From: Azolla caroliniana
Taxonomy: Eukaryota > Plantae > Polypodiophyta
Direction: 5' to 3'
Assembly: GCA_043228905.1 (NCBI GenBank)
Contig: JBHGNT010000009.1
Span: forward strand, 3,100,001 to 3,164,000
DNA: 64,000 nucleotides
Made by a program: the position numbers and the translations under genes
Part shown: positions 27,045 through 39,351 of the stretch, in pieces
How positions within the stretch are numbered: position 1 is the stretch's first letter
Layout: each line of letters begins with the position of its first letter
The notes under the pieces: model-generated
The model's input: the letters and a program-made list of their open reading frames with translations, nothing else
The model's database searches: none
What the model was told of the DNA's origin: nothing

Positions 27045-27858
27045 AGGAACGCATGTCGAGAGGGTGGCTTGCTCCGCACCCTCTCCCGTGGTACCGATGT
27101 ACCATTCTCTTTCGTCCTCCTCATCATCCGATCGCCTCTGGCCCGACTCCGTAATAAGCCCTTCTTCGGCTTCGATTTCCCCTTCACAAGCTCGCATGCC
27201 TCCCGTATTAGCGCTTCTAGGTCGAGCTCCTCCGAACCGTTTTGCGTTGAGCTCTCTTCCGGCGGTAGTGCGTACTCACTCGCCGCTCTCTCTTCTCCGC
27301 CGTTCGCGGGCCATGTTGTTGCCAACCTCTCCCCATCGGGTTGCCCGCATACCCACTCCGGTTTCGCGTATCCGTACGCTTCCAATAGAGCTCCCTCGAA
27401 GGACTCCCATGACTCGTGAGCTTCTCGTAGCTCCTTGACGTCCTTGTGCACCGATACGACAGCCACTTGCGGAAAATACTCTAGTCACATCGCCTCGTCC
27501 ACGCCCCCTTTCGCCATCTCGGCCTTGTAGGCTCCCAAAACTTTTAGGACCTCATTCCCATTGAACCGGCCGACTCGATCGACCACCCTTTCGACGGCTT
27601 GTTGAGCCGCATCTCGCTTCGCCATCTTCCGTCCGGCTTCCATCACGATCTTTGCCATCATCTCCTCGAAGTCAAAGTCTTCTTCCATCTCCATGCTCCC
27701 TTGCCGCCCTTCACGTCGGGTTCACCAAAGATGTCGCGTTGTTACGCGCGTGCGTGGAGAAAGGCGGGACCATGGGGGTCTTGGACTAGGGAGTGACGGA
27801 GCGTAGGAAGTCGTGCTTCACTGTTTTTGGGGCATCTCAGAAGCACACCAGAAGCAGC

Positions 27859-27913
<55 letters not shown>

Positions 27914-28511
27914 ACACCGACTCACGCACACACACACACACACACACAACCCGACTCATGCCCTTATGTACAGAAAACACAGGAAAGGGGAAGCACCCGA
28001 CGCCAACAACGACGCGAATATACACAGACAGATGCAAATGTATATGTATATATATATATAAACAGAAGAATACATTCCCGACATCGAGCTGGTCCAAGGT
28101 AGGTTACAGTAGTTGTCAGCTGCCAAGCCACTGTCGGGGAGCTCACGGGCTCGTCGCGCCGAGCGGGGTCTTGCGCAAGAGATGAGCTAAACCAAACCCT
28201 AAGCAAACACGAAGGAGAAGAAGAAGAAGAAACTAACTCTAAACCTAACGGTATACCCTCTAATGCAAAATGGGCAACCCTTACACAAAGGGCGTTCCCT
28301 TCCTTTTATAGAACAAGGAAAGGGATGCGTTACAATGTGGGACAAATCCCGACTTACATGGGATCGTCTGTCCCGACTTGACTACTCTTTGGCGCCATAA
28401 AGGCGCCCTCGATATTCACAGTAAATGTACACGGGTGCGTACACACGCTACACCCCGCCGATGTGGCCAATGTTTCCCGGTTTCCGCCTCTGGCCGAAAT
28501 TCTTCACGACA
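27045..28511 (-). mobile_element. 5' part of a gag-only Trp-primed Gypsy element (F), related to E; LTR 27732-28511
   Basis: PBS 27710-27727; gag RVGRFNGNEV, ELREAHESWESFE; shares GTTGEGAEQATL repeat with E; LTR abuts the integrase of G at GCGT. Confidence 0.85.
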
Positions 28512-31500
28512 GCGTTTGATTTGTTTGTTCTGCTTGGCCATCGGTTTGTGGGTGGTAGCCGGAGGAGAGGTTACAAGTGACCTTGAGCATTTTAAAAAGG
28601 TGCTTCTAGAATTTCGATACGAACTGGGGTCCACGGTCACTAATGATACTATTGGGAAGGCCATGATGCCAACATACTTCACACATGACAATTTCAGCGG
28701 TTTCTTCACTGGAGATTTCCTTAGTACATGGCAAGAAATGAGCCATCTTCGTATATCGATCTACGACTGTTAGAATCGCATTGAACCCCTTAGAGACTGG
28801 AATATCTATGATGAAGTCTAGAGCAATGGATTGCCACGGCTTGCTTGGAATTGGTAATGGTTCTAATAAACCATATGGATGATGCCTTGGCATTTTCGCT
28901 CTTCAACATGTATCTCAAGTCCGAACAAAATCTTCGACAAATTGTCGCATATGGGGCCACCAAAATGATTGTTGTACTAAATCTAATGTTTTAGTACTAC
29001 CAAAATGCCCAGCTATATATGTGTCATGACAGTTTTGGACTACTCGAAGCCGGCAAGAACCATTAGGAACATACAAGAGTTCATTAAAGAATAGTAATAC
29101 ATCATGGTATTTGAATTGCCAATAGTCCATACCTGGTGGTTGCGACTGGGAACAAGATGCTCGAGAGGGATCAATTTTGCTAGAATGGCTTGGGCGAAAG
29201 CATCGGTCTTCAAGTCCTCACGTATAGTATCGATAGCGTGGCAATCCATGGGCATGCCAAAGACTTGTGTTGCTTCTAGTCGTGTCGGTCCCAAGATTAC
29301 TTACTTTTGGTTATCAAAAGTTGGCTCGCTAGGACGCGGTGCTAGGTACGAACACTGTGATAATGCATCTGCCTTCCCTTGGTGCTTCCCCGAACGATAT
29401 GTAATTTTGAAGTCGAAACGCGTGAGGAAGTGGGCCCACCGAGCTTGACATTGATTTAAAACACGAGCGTCCTGAAAGTAGGCAAGGTTTTTGTGGTCCT
29501 GAATACGGTGACTTGATGAGCGGATCCCTCCAGAAAATGCCTCCATTGCGTAAAAGAGTCCACTATTGCCAATAGCTCCTTATCATGAATTTTGCAGTTG
29601 ATTTCGGTGGCATCAAACTTGGTGAGTGAAAAGCCACAAGATGTAGCTTCTCATCATTACCCCGTTGTGACAGAATGCTCCCCAATGCAAAATCCGATGT
29701 GTCTGCTTCGATAATGAATGGTTTTCCCGGATCGACATGAGCTAGAATTGGAGCCGATGTAAATGCCTTTTTAAGACTCTGTCGTGACTTGAGAATAGGA
29801 GAGAGAAAAACAAGATGACAGTAGAAGGTAGAGGGGGAGAGAGAGAGAGAGAGAGAGAACACTATAAATGGAAAGAAAGTTTATATTATAAGAGAGCAAG
29901 GATTACAAAGAGTAGGCTAAGGGGCTACAAACTGGTGTTGAACCGAATGAGTTGTGATGAATGAATAGACACCTGTTTATAGGTCCTTATGGAGTATTCT
30001 AGAATGTTCTAGAATATTTTAGATATTTATGATATTTAATATAATCATGGAATATCCTAGAATGTTCTAGAATACTCTAGATTGTAAAGAATACTCTAAA
30101 TGTCTTGTAATAACTAATAATACATTTATTATAACTATACATCATATATGTTAGTATAATGGGTAAAGGTCTAACATATAGACCAAGACATCTTGGGCTT
30201 GAACCCTTGTAAGGCCAAAATGTATGTCGTCGTGACATTATCCCCCCTTTTCAACGACGGGTTCCACGAGTCGAAAGACAAGATTTCGAACTTGGCTTAT
30301 GAGGATATTTGTTGTGAAATGCAGCAACCATTTCAGAGGCATTAGCAAGATTCTCAAGAAGTTCCCATGTTCGATCATTAGGTGTATAACCTAACCAGTC
30401 AACCAAATAATACAGTTTGTTGCGAACGATCTTGGAGTCGAGAATGGCAGCAACTTCATATTCGGAGCCATCTGAAACTTCGATTGGAGGTGGGGGAGAT
30501 GTAAGACGGCCTGGAATAGAGCTGGTTGTGTACGGCTCCAAAACCGAATGAGTAGTGATGAATGAATAGACACCTATTTATAGGTCCTTATGGAGTATTC
30601 TACAATGTTCTAGAATATTTTAGATATTTATGATATTTAATATAATCATGGAATATCCTAGAATGTTCTAGAATACTCTAGATTGTTCTGGAATATTCTA
30701 GAATGTTCTTGAATACTCTAGAATGTTCTAGAATACTCTAAATGTCTTGCAATAACTAATAATACATTTATTATAACCATACATCATATATGTTAGTATA
30801 ATGGTTAAAGGTCTAACATATAGACCAAGACGTCTTGGGCTCGAATCCTTGTAAGGCCAAAATGTATGTCGTGATGACAGACTCTTGAAAGCCATGTCCG
30901 CTTCTTCAGACCAAACGAACAATTATCCCTTCCTAGTAAGTTGTGTGAGAGGCAGAACAAGCTTTGAGTAATTCTGTATGAACTTCCGGTAAAAATTGGC
31001 AAAGCCTAAAAAGCATTGCGCATCTCGCACCGAACATGGAGTCTGCCACTCTACCACAGTTTTGACCTTAGTTGGGTCCATTGAGATGCCTTCCGAGGAA
31101 ATGACCTAGCCTAGAAATTCCACCTGGTTGCACCCAAAACTACATTTTTCTAGCTTTGCATAAAGACCATGTCTTCGAATAAACCAGTAGATCATCCAAA
31201 TAGATGATCAAACAAACATCCAAGAGATCTCGGAATATATCATTTGCCATGTATTGGAAGACTGTTGGCGCATTAGTGAGGCCGAACGGCATGACCGTAT
31301 ACTCGAAGTGCCTATATCTGGTGCGAAACGCAGTCTTCCATTCATCTCCTGGTTGGATCCGTCCGAGGTTATAGGCTCCCCGTAAGTCGATCTTCGTGAA
31401 GAACCTTGCACCATTGATCCGTTCTAAAAGACTTGAGATAAGGGGAAGTGCATACCTATTTCTGATTGTAACCTTATTCAAGCCACGGTAATCTACAACG

Positions 31501-33552
31501 AGACGAAGTGATCCATCTTTTTTCTTGACGAAGAAAATGGGTGCGCCGGCTGGAGATCTCGAATGCCGAATGAAACCATTTTCCAAATTCTCCTCTATAT
31601 AGGCTCGCAGGACTTCTAGATCGGTTGGTGACAAATTGTAGATCGGTCCCCATGGTGGCTTTTTCCCCGGTTGTAAATCAATGGGGCAATCATACGGTCA
31701 ATGGTGAGGAAGTGTATTGGCTTGTACTTTATCGAACACATCGGCATAATGATGATACTTCTTTGGAAGTTGAATGGTGGACTCCTCTTTAATGGTGTCT
31801 GAGGGTTTTAGTGATATTGCGAAGAGAAACATTTCTTCCTTGCGTCCTTCTTTCCGCAACTGATGTAGCGAAATGGTTGCAATCTCATGAGTAGACCCTC
31901 AGGCTTTTCGATACCGGATTTCTCTTGTTCTCCAATGTATGTCTAGGTTATGTAATTCGAACCATGGTAATCCTAAAACAATGGGGTGTTCTGGGATGCT
32001 AATTATATTAAATGATACTACACATGCTAGATTATCTAGGACAATATTAACGGGCTCTGACTCTTCTATCATATTTCTGGAAGCAATGGGAAGACCATCA
32101 ATGACTACTATAGAGGCTGGACACGGGAGTTTTCTGAGTGATATCTGATGAGCTTGGGCAAAGTTCCTATCCATGAAGCAAGAATTAGCTCCGGAATCTA
32201 CAAGTGTTAAGACATGTACTGGAGGGGTACTTTTAGTACTAACTATTACTTGGGCTACGAACACATTGCTAACTTGCTTAGAGGGAATGGAACCACTAAT
32301 GAGCTGCACAAATCTAGAGTTTTCCAACCAAACGGCTCCTATTTTGGCTGGACTTAATCGTTTAACTCTTCTTCTAACTGACTAAGGACATCAAATTTGT
32401 TCGCTAGATATGGGCTATTAGTACTATTAGGACTATCAGATATCCCTACTCAAATAGACTCGGGTTTAGTACAATCAGAACTAGCGACTATTTGGTTTAC
32501 CTGCCTTCTTGGCCTATGAGGACAGTTTACCGCATATGCCCTGGTCCACCACAATAAATACATAATCGGTTTGCTCGACGTCGTTGCTTTTCTTCTTCTG
32601 ATAGCGGTCCACGACGGCGTGTAGTGTCAATTTCCATCGGAGTTGGATTACTTACTGGAAGCGCATTATATGACTCCCTCGGAAAACATTTCGCTACCAC
32701 TGAGGCATAAGTAGGCTCAGATCTTGCCCTTGGTATCTAGAACTGACGTTCTGAACGTCGTTCAAAGAGGCGATTGTCGCATCTCACTGCATGACTAATT
32801 TCTTCTGTTAATGACTTTGGTTCTTCGGGAAAGGTCAAGAGTAAATCTTTGACATCGTTACGTAGACCATAACAAAATTGCTCCATTAACGCTTGATCAT
32901 CCCAGGGGATATCGGGGGCGAGTAGACGAAAATTGTTTAGTAATAGAGATTCTTTTTCTAATAGCGGAGTGAACCATGCCAACGCTGAGCCACTTAACAA
33001 CGTGCCTACTAAACCCACTCGTGATGCATCGGTGGGATATCGGGAAGGATGCATTTGAATAACTAGTCGTACCTGATTAAGGAACCCTGTAAACTGCGAT
33101 CGCGTTCCATCGAATTTCATGGGAAGGCCGATCTTGGGTTCTTTATGAATCCCTTGTGTTCCGGGTCCTTGTTGTTGCATCGCTACAATGGTTGCTTCGA
33201 GTTGTTGCACGCGTAACGCAAGTTCCCCATGTTGTTGTTGCGTTTGCTGCTTTTCTAAGGAGATTTGTTGAAGATCCCCCAACAACTGTTGATTTTCTTG
33301 TTCCAAAGCAAGGAACTTCTCTTTCAAGCATTGCAACTCTGAGAAAACAGATTGATATTCTTAAGCATTAATAGTGGCCATGGGATGAGTGGAAAGAGGA
33401 ATAAGAGATTAGTATGAAGGGAGGGAGACATAAGAGGACTAGAAATCGGTTCAAACTGTCAGGATCAGTACTAAGACAAAGAAGGAATTAGTACTAAAAG
33501 ATGAGGATTAGTACTAAGAGAGATGTAGAACTCTCGAGAGAAGGAAAGAGTG

Positions 33553-33587
<35 letters not shown>

Positions 33588-33880
33588 TGATAAATGATAT
33601 ATATTATGTGAAGAGAGTATACAATAGTAGCTAGGAGGCTTAAGACTGGCGTTGAACCGATTTGGTTCGAAATAATGCCTTGTGCCTCCTTTTATAGTGC
33701 TCTTAGGAGTACTCCTAAAGTTCCTAGATTGTTCCAGAGAAATCTAGAATATACATCAATTTTCTATAATAAAACATAAATGAAAATAATATTCTAGGTA
33801 TTACAATGTATGGTCTAATGGTCAAGAGCTCGACCCATGTAGCATAAGGTCATGGGTTCGACTCTTACCATATCATGACA
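28512..33880 (-). mobile_element. Tcn1/Tf1-like chromovirus (G), 3'-truncated; 5' LTR 33457-33880
   Basis: gag KEPKIGLPMKFDGTRSQF, PR LVDSGA, RT ([13 protein letters not shown]), RNase H (EADTSDFALG), IN (ISDRGPQF, HPQTDGQ); no tRNA PBS. Confidence 0.9.
29780..30879 (-). mobile_element. Internally deleted Tcn1-like mini-element retaining only chromodomain, PPT and LTRs
   Basis: Full LTR 29780-30237, PPT 30238-30251, chromodomain ORF 30251-30541 (EYEVAAILDS..YLVDWLGY..RTWE), partial LTR 30542-30879, TSD GACTC both sides; host pol FKS|LKKAF restored on removal. Confidence 0.9.
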
Positions 33881-35105
33881 CCTTACGCGTTGTAGGCGGA
33901 CCGAATTATGCACAGTTCGGTAATCGGGTTCATGTCGGCGGAGCTGATGTACGGGTAGACGCCGATCATGCCGATGGAGCAAACAGTCTCCTCATAGACC
34001 GCGGTGGACTGGAGAGACGAGATGAGCTGGGAAGAGTTGTTGGTGGCACGAATCCGACAGCTCGAGCGGAGACCGGAGGACGTGGAACGAGCAACAACGA
34101 AGCTGCGTGCGGCAAGGACAAAGAACAAGGGGAGATTCGACCGGACTCACCGACTATGACCGAAGAAAAAATCAAGGAAGGCGACTGGGTTCTGGTCTGC
34201 AACAGACAACGAGCACAAGGCAATGCTCAGAAATTTCCGAGGAGGTGGTTCGGGCCTTACACAGTGTCAAGCGCCAATAACAGCACCTACCATCTCGCGG
34301 AGCTCGACGGAACGAGAATAGTTGTGCCGGTGGCCAGGAAGAGGATCAAGGCGTTCAAGAAGCGGCACGAGGACGAACCGAACCCAGAGGACATGGACCG
34401 GAGATCGTAAGATAAGCGCGGGCCTGTCTTCTCCAGCAAAGATCTATTCTGACGCATACCGGTGGATGCCGGTTAGGTGGGGGCAGATGTCGTGGAGAAA
34501 ACCGTCCCTAGGAGGAACGGTGAATAGAGAGCGTGAACCTGCCCTTGCACGCGGGCACAAGCATTGATGAGGAGTACATAATTGGGGATAGGTCGGCTGA
34601 CCTAAACATCTTAGGTGGGAAGGATTTATTGTCTGGGAAATCGATGTGTATCTCTGTCCGAAGGGATAGAGAATAAAGGTGATGTGACCAGGGTCTAACG
34701 GTCCTTCCCCGGCAACCTATAAAAGGGAAGGGAAGAAGACAGAGAGGGGATCGTGTAGTGGAGGACGAAGTGTTGTCAGATTGTGACCGAGCTCTTCTCC
34801 TCTGTCTTTCATCGTTCTCTGCAGGTTTTGGGAGGCTGCCTCTACTTCGTGGAAAGCCCGAGTGCTTCCGGTAGAGGTTCCATCTCGCGTTGTCTGTGTG
34901 CATTGTGTGAGTTGGTGTCAGCGCGTTGATCATAAATATATATTCGCCTTATTCATTGTTTGATCTTCATTGTGAGTTCTCTGTGTATTTGTGTGCGTGG
35001 CTCGGCCAGGGTTTCGTGTTGCTCCTCCCTTTGTTCAGTTATTCCCCGGTTCAGGACCCCCACAGTCCCGTCTTGGTTTCTCCTATGCGTCAGAATAACA
35101 CAACA
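33881..35105 (+). mobile_element. 3' part of a plus-strand Trp-family Gypsy element (H): integrase end, PPT, LTR 34488-35105
   Basis: KIKEGDWVLV..WFGPY..YHLAELDG; PPT GGTTAGGTGGGGGCAGA; LTR start TGTCGTGGAGAAAACCGTCC. Confidence 0.85.
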
Positions 35106-35608
35106 GCAAGCAAGGTAAGAAGACGCTAGAAGAAGCTGACTGCAAGGCTCGGTAGACACTAACACAACAATCCGACCTCAAGTTGAGCTTGAGGGGTAAT
35201 GTTGGGCTGACAAGCTCAACCGGATCCGGATCGACTGAATAAACCAGAGCCAGATAGGTATCCATATCGGAAAGACGGATCGGATTGTAACCAGTAATCT
35301 GTTAGAGGCCTACAATCTTAGCCTAGTACATAGGCATATTCCTTGGAGAGTGTCAGTCGCTCGTATGAGCATTGAAGTACTTGTTAGTACTTCTATCAGT
35401 CCTTTTAAGGACTCGTATAAAAAGTGTTCTGTAGGACATTGTATGCAACAGAGAGTTATTATTTGGAATTGAATTTATGTTGTTCTACTCTCTCTCTCTC
35501 TCATGTACACTCTGTGTGTTGAAGCTTCCTTTAAACCTATGTTTATTCTTTGTTGCTATCCTGCTGAGTTGGTTTGTCCACAAGCTTCCGCATATTAACC
35601 TTTTCACA
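35106..35608 (+). mobile_element. Possible LTR remnant
   Basis: TATAAAA near 35418, CT tract, ends ..TTTTCACA where family C gag resumes. Confidence 0.35.
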
Positions 35609-38200
35609 TCGTGACCATAATCCTTAAGCGAGGAAATTTTCTGGCTAGAGAGGTTCATTAGTGCTTGTGTTGCCTCAATGTGAGATGGAGGTTATACAAA
35701 GTCTATCCAAGTATCTAGTAATTTCCTAGTAATGCGAAGCCCATGCCACTAGCCCTTACCCCCCAATTCTCGACAGAAATAGACAATCTTTGTACTATTC
35801 AACTTGGGATAGAGCTCAAAATGAGACTCCCATCGGCCAAGCCACGTAAAAATTGTTTCTTTGGTTCTCTCCTTTTTAAATTTTCTTCCGTAAATGACTT
35901 GACGACAAATGATGGTTCACCTTGACGTTCCTCTTAGAGTCTTTTAGTATCTCGTTGTGTACTATTGACACGTGCTTCTAGTGTCATGAGATTGCCGAAG
36001 TTTGAAAATCTCGTACAATGTGGAACTAAGGAAATTTTGTATTTGTAAAAAATATAACTCAATTCGGACAACCCCATGAGTAGTTCCTTAAATCCCCTCC
36101 ACTTGGGAGGATGCCATTGGGTGGTCATTATTATGAGTCATAAAAATATAATGTTTGGGAAAGAAATATGATGGGTTTAGACAAATAGACATAACATAAT
36201 GTCGTGGTGTAAACATATCAATCGCAAACATGAACGGATGTCATTATCTCATGTCAGTGCCCCTTTAGACATATGAGATGAGGTTCAGGATCACACAACT
36301 ATGTAACACAAAGATGTTTTGAAAACCAACCATAGGTCTGACAAATGCATGTTTCCTTGACCTTTATATCGATTTTTTTATGGTGGCTCCCCAAGGCTCA
36401 ACCATGTTTGTTCGTCTGATGAATAGTTTATACACTAAAAACTGTTAAAAATAAACTAAGTCTCTATGTCTACACATGTGGTTTTGGCTCTTTAATTCCT
36501 ATAATGAGGACCCTGAAGCACACTTAGACCTAAAGTCTAAACATGTTTTATAGTCTTATGCATCAATTATGTCGATGTTCTGTCTTGGTCACATTTGAAC
36601 TTATAACCTCAAGAGAAAATTCATTAACAAATTGAGCTAACCAAATGGTTTGCTCATATTAAATGGTTAATGTATGTAAGAGATATTTGAAGCCATGTAC
36701 ATGGATATATTTTCATTTTAAAAAAATTGTAGTCCCCAATCCTTCTTTATTTTTCTTTCGCCTCATTATAACTAGAAAACTATATATTCGTATGTTACCC
36801 GACCTCAAGTCTCGTCATTACAATGGCATACCATAAGGAGCAACCTAATGGTCAAGCCAACACTATACCTCTTTTCTATAGTAGACCAACGTCGCCCATC
36901 ACATGGTTACTTTATTATGAATGCCTTTCATAATTATGGTCTCGTGGTGGCCTCGTAATCATGTAACGTGTGCGGGATATTGGATACATGGGTTTCATAA
37001 GGGCGACCTCGTATGAAGTGCATCAAGCCCACAAAAAAATCAAGGCACAATCAAAGCAACCAAGAGTAATAACAAAAAAAATTGTTGAAAAAGGACTGAG
37101 ACTACACCTTCCCCACAAAAATGTGAAGATGACTACCACGATCTTAACTCCGAACAGGACACCATCTCATATACCAATATCATGTATCAGATTCTTAACA
37201 TATACATTACATATTTACGACATGTATACGATCAAATACGTATACATGTGATCACATATGTATATATAAAAAAAGCATTAACAACACATAAACCAACGAA
37301 TGATGTAATTAAGGCTTGTTACTTTATGCAAATGGAACATCCAGAAACTAAAAGTGAAATACACAATTGAGGTATTAACCTCAATACCCATACGACACAC
37401 ATTGCATATCAAACATATTTCAATTGGGGTATTTACCTCATATTAAATGTAACAATGCATGTACTATGCAATAGAGGTATAAACCTCATATGCATACATA
37501 ATGTATGCACACTTTATATACACAAAATATTACCAATACAACATAATTGAATTATTTACATTTCAAATAACGAATTAAACATGTTTTAAAATTGGGAGAA
37601 GAAAAAATAAAATAAAAACATTTATTATTAATCAATAAAAAGGAAATATCAAAATTCTTTTGTTGACGACTTGGTGGATCAAGTCTCAAACTAACATCAA
37701 TCGATCACCATTAGAAAGATATAAACATCAACAAAAGAAACATGAAACATTAGAAAGTCACTCCGATACCACATAATAAAGATTATTTCTAATGTAAGCA
37801 TTAAATAAATAAAATAGATAATAGATAGTAACTTGAGAAAGAGAGAGAAAGAAGGGTGTCGATCCACACGGCAACCTCGAACGAAGGGATCGAGATGGAC
37901 CCGAGCCTTGAACAACATCCCATACCACCACCATGGCATCGAGTCATACTTGGTACTAACACGCACTCACCACAAGATCGCAGTCTCAATGTAGTTGAAT
38001 AATGAGTCAATGAGGATAGCTAGGTTTCATATTTATAACCAAACCTAAGGGCCCCATGCAAGTAAGGGTTGTCTCAATCCCTAGGATTAAAAGTCATCCG
38101 CCCTTCTTTACACTCTCGATTAACCCTCTCACTATTATCCTCGTGTGTAGAATACTACGTTACAAACTACCATGAGATAAATTATGGTTATGCCCATAAA
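35609..38200 (-). mobile_element. Diverged 5' part of chromovirus family C (copy C3)
   Basis: Colinear with 23950-26724: gag remnant, leader, PBS TGGTATCGGAG near 37760-37770, LTR ~37775-38200. Confidence 0.85.
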
Positions 38201-38865
38201 CTAATGTACGAGATGTTAGCTTTCATCAGCGTGGTGGTTTCAACTCTCGTCATTCAAGAAATTTATGATTACCGTAGCTTTTCGCTCGATGATCTAAAAC
38301 AAGTTCTGGAAATTTGTTGTGACCTCTTCACATTTACGCAATGGGTTCTTTAGATCAGTTTTCTAGAATTTGTTTTTCGTTAATTTTCTCCCAAATTTGT
38401 GTAATTCCTGGCATCGTTGTCAGGTTTTCAAGCCGAAAAAAATTGTCTTGATCTTTGTTTGATCATGATTAACAACAAACAATAGAATTACTAGAAATAA
38501 TTTTATATATATGTTTAAATAATGTATTATATAAAATCTCACAATTGAATCATTACAACTTATATAATAGGTAAATAAGATAAAAGAGAATATGATTTGT
38601 GGGTAGAGCTTTTAGGGGAGATCCTCAAGTTTCGATGCAATGTCCTAACGTATGACGATCTTATAACCTCTTGTCATTGTTGGTCTTACATGCCTCTTGA
38701 TTCATAACCCCAAGCTGATTAAAATCTCAACAATGCTTCTACCTTACGTTAAAATCCAATCCCCTATAATGAGCTCTCTTGTCCTTTTTATAGGTTTTCG
38801 GAGATCCTCACATAAATATTAATGGTAAGTCTTCTTTTTGCATGCATCTTTACTTAGATTCTTCT

Positions 38866-39351
38866 TGTTAGCCGGTTGACAACCAAGGTCGGAGTTAGAT
38901 AGATGTGAAAGGAAGTCAGAGTCAACAAGGTTCAGAGTCAAACAAGTACAAAAGTGTCAAAGTTGGATCAAGGTGTCGCATCGATGAGTCAGAAATGAAT
39001 TAATATATATTTTCCCAATTAGGAAAAATAGGACAGTTTTGTTGTAGTCTTGCAGAACACAGCAAGCGTAAATCTTGAAGAGAGACTCTCGGATCACCTA
39101 TAAAAAAGAGGACCGAGAGCAGTGTAATCCTATCGTTATATTTTGAATTTATAAGTTCATAGTTAGAGTATATCTCTAACGACGGTGTTCTTACTATTCT
39201 GTACTGCTATTTGTGTCAAACTCTGATTCTGTGTCTACTAATTAATTATATAAAGAATAATAGTCGATCACGGTAACTAAGTAAACACAACAGGGCTCTG
39301 TAGAACAAGTCTAAGTATAGATTATTACTAGCCATCCAATTTCCTACAACA
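38866..39351 (+). mobile_element. Possible LTR
   Basis: TGTTAG..CAACA ends, TATAAAA near 39100; no TSD seen. Confidence 0.35.

Noticed and set aside
27860-27950. (GA)n(CA)n microsatellite ORFs
   Set aside because: Simple repeats within an LTR; translations are artefacts.
33800-33880. Functional tRNA gene
   Set aside because: Acceptor and anticodon arms do not pair properly; reported only as a tRNA-like promoter cassette.
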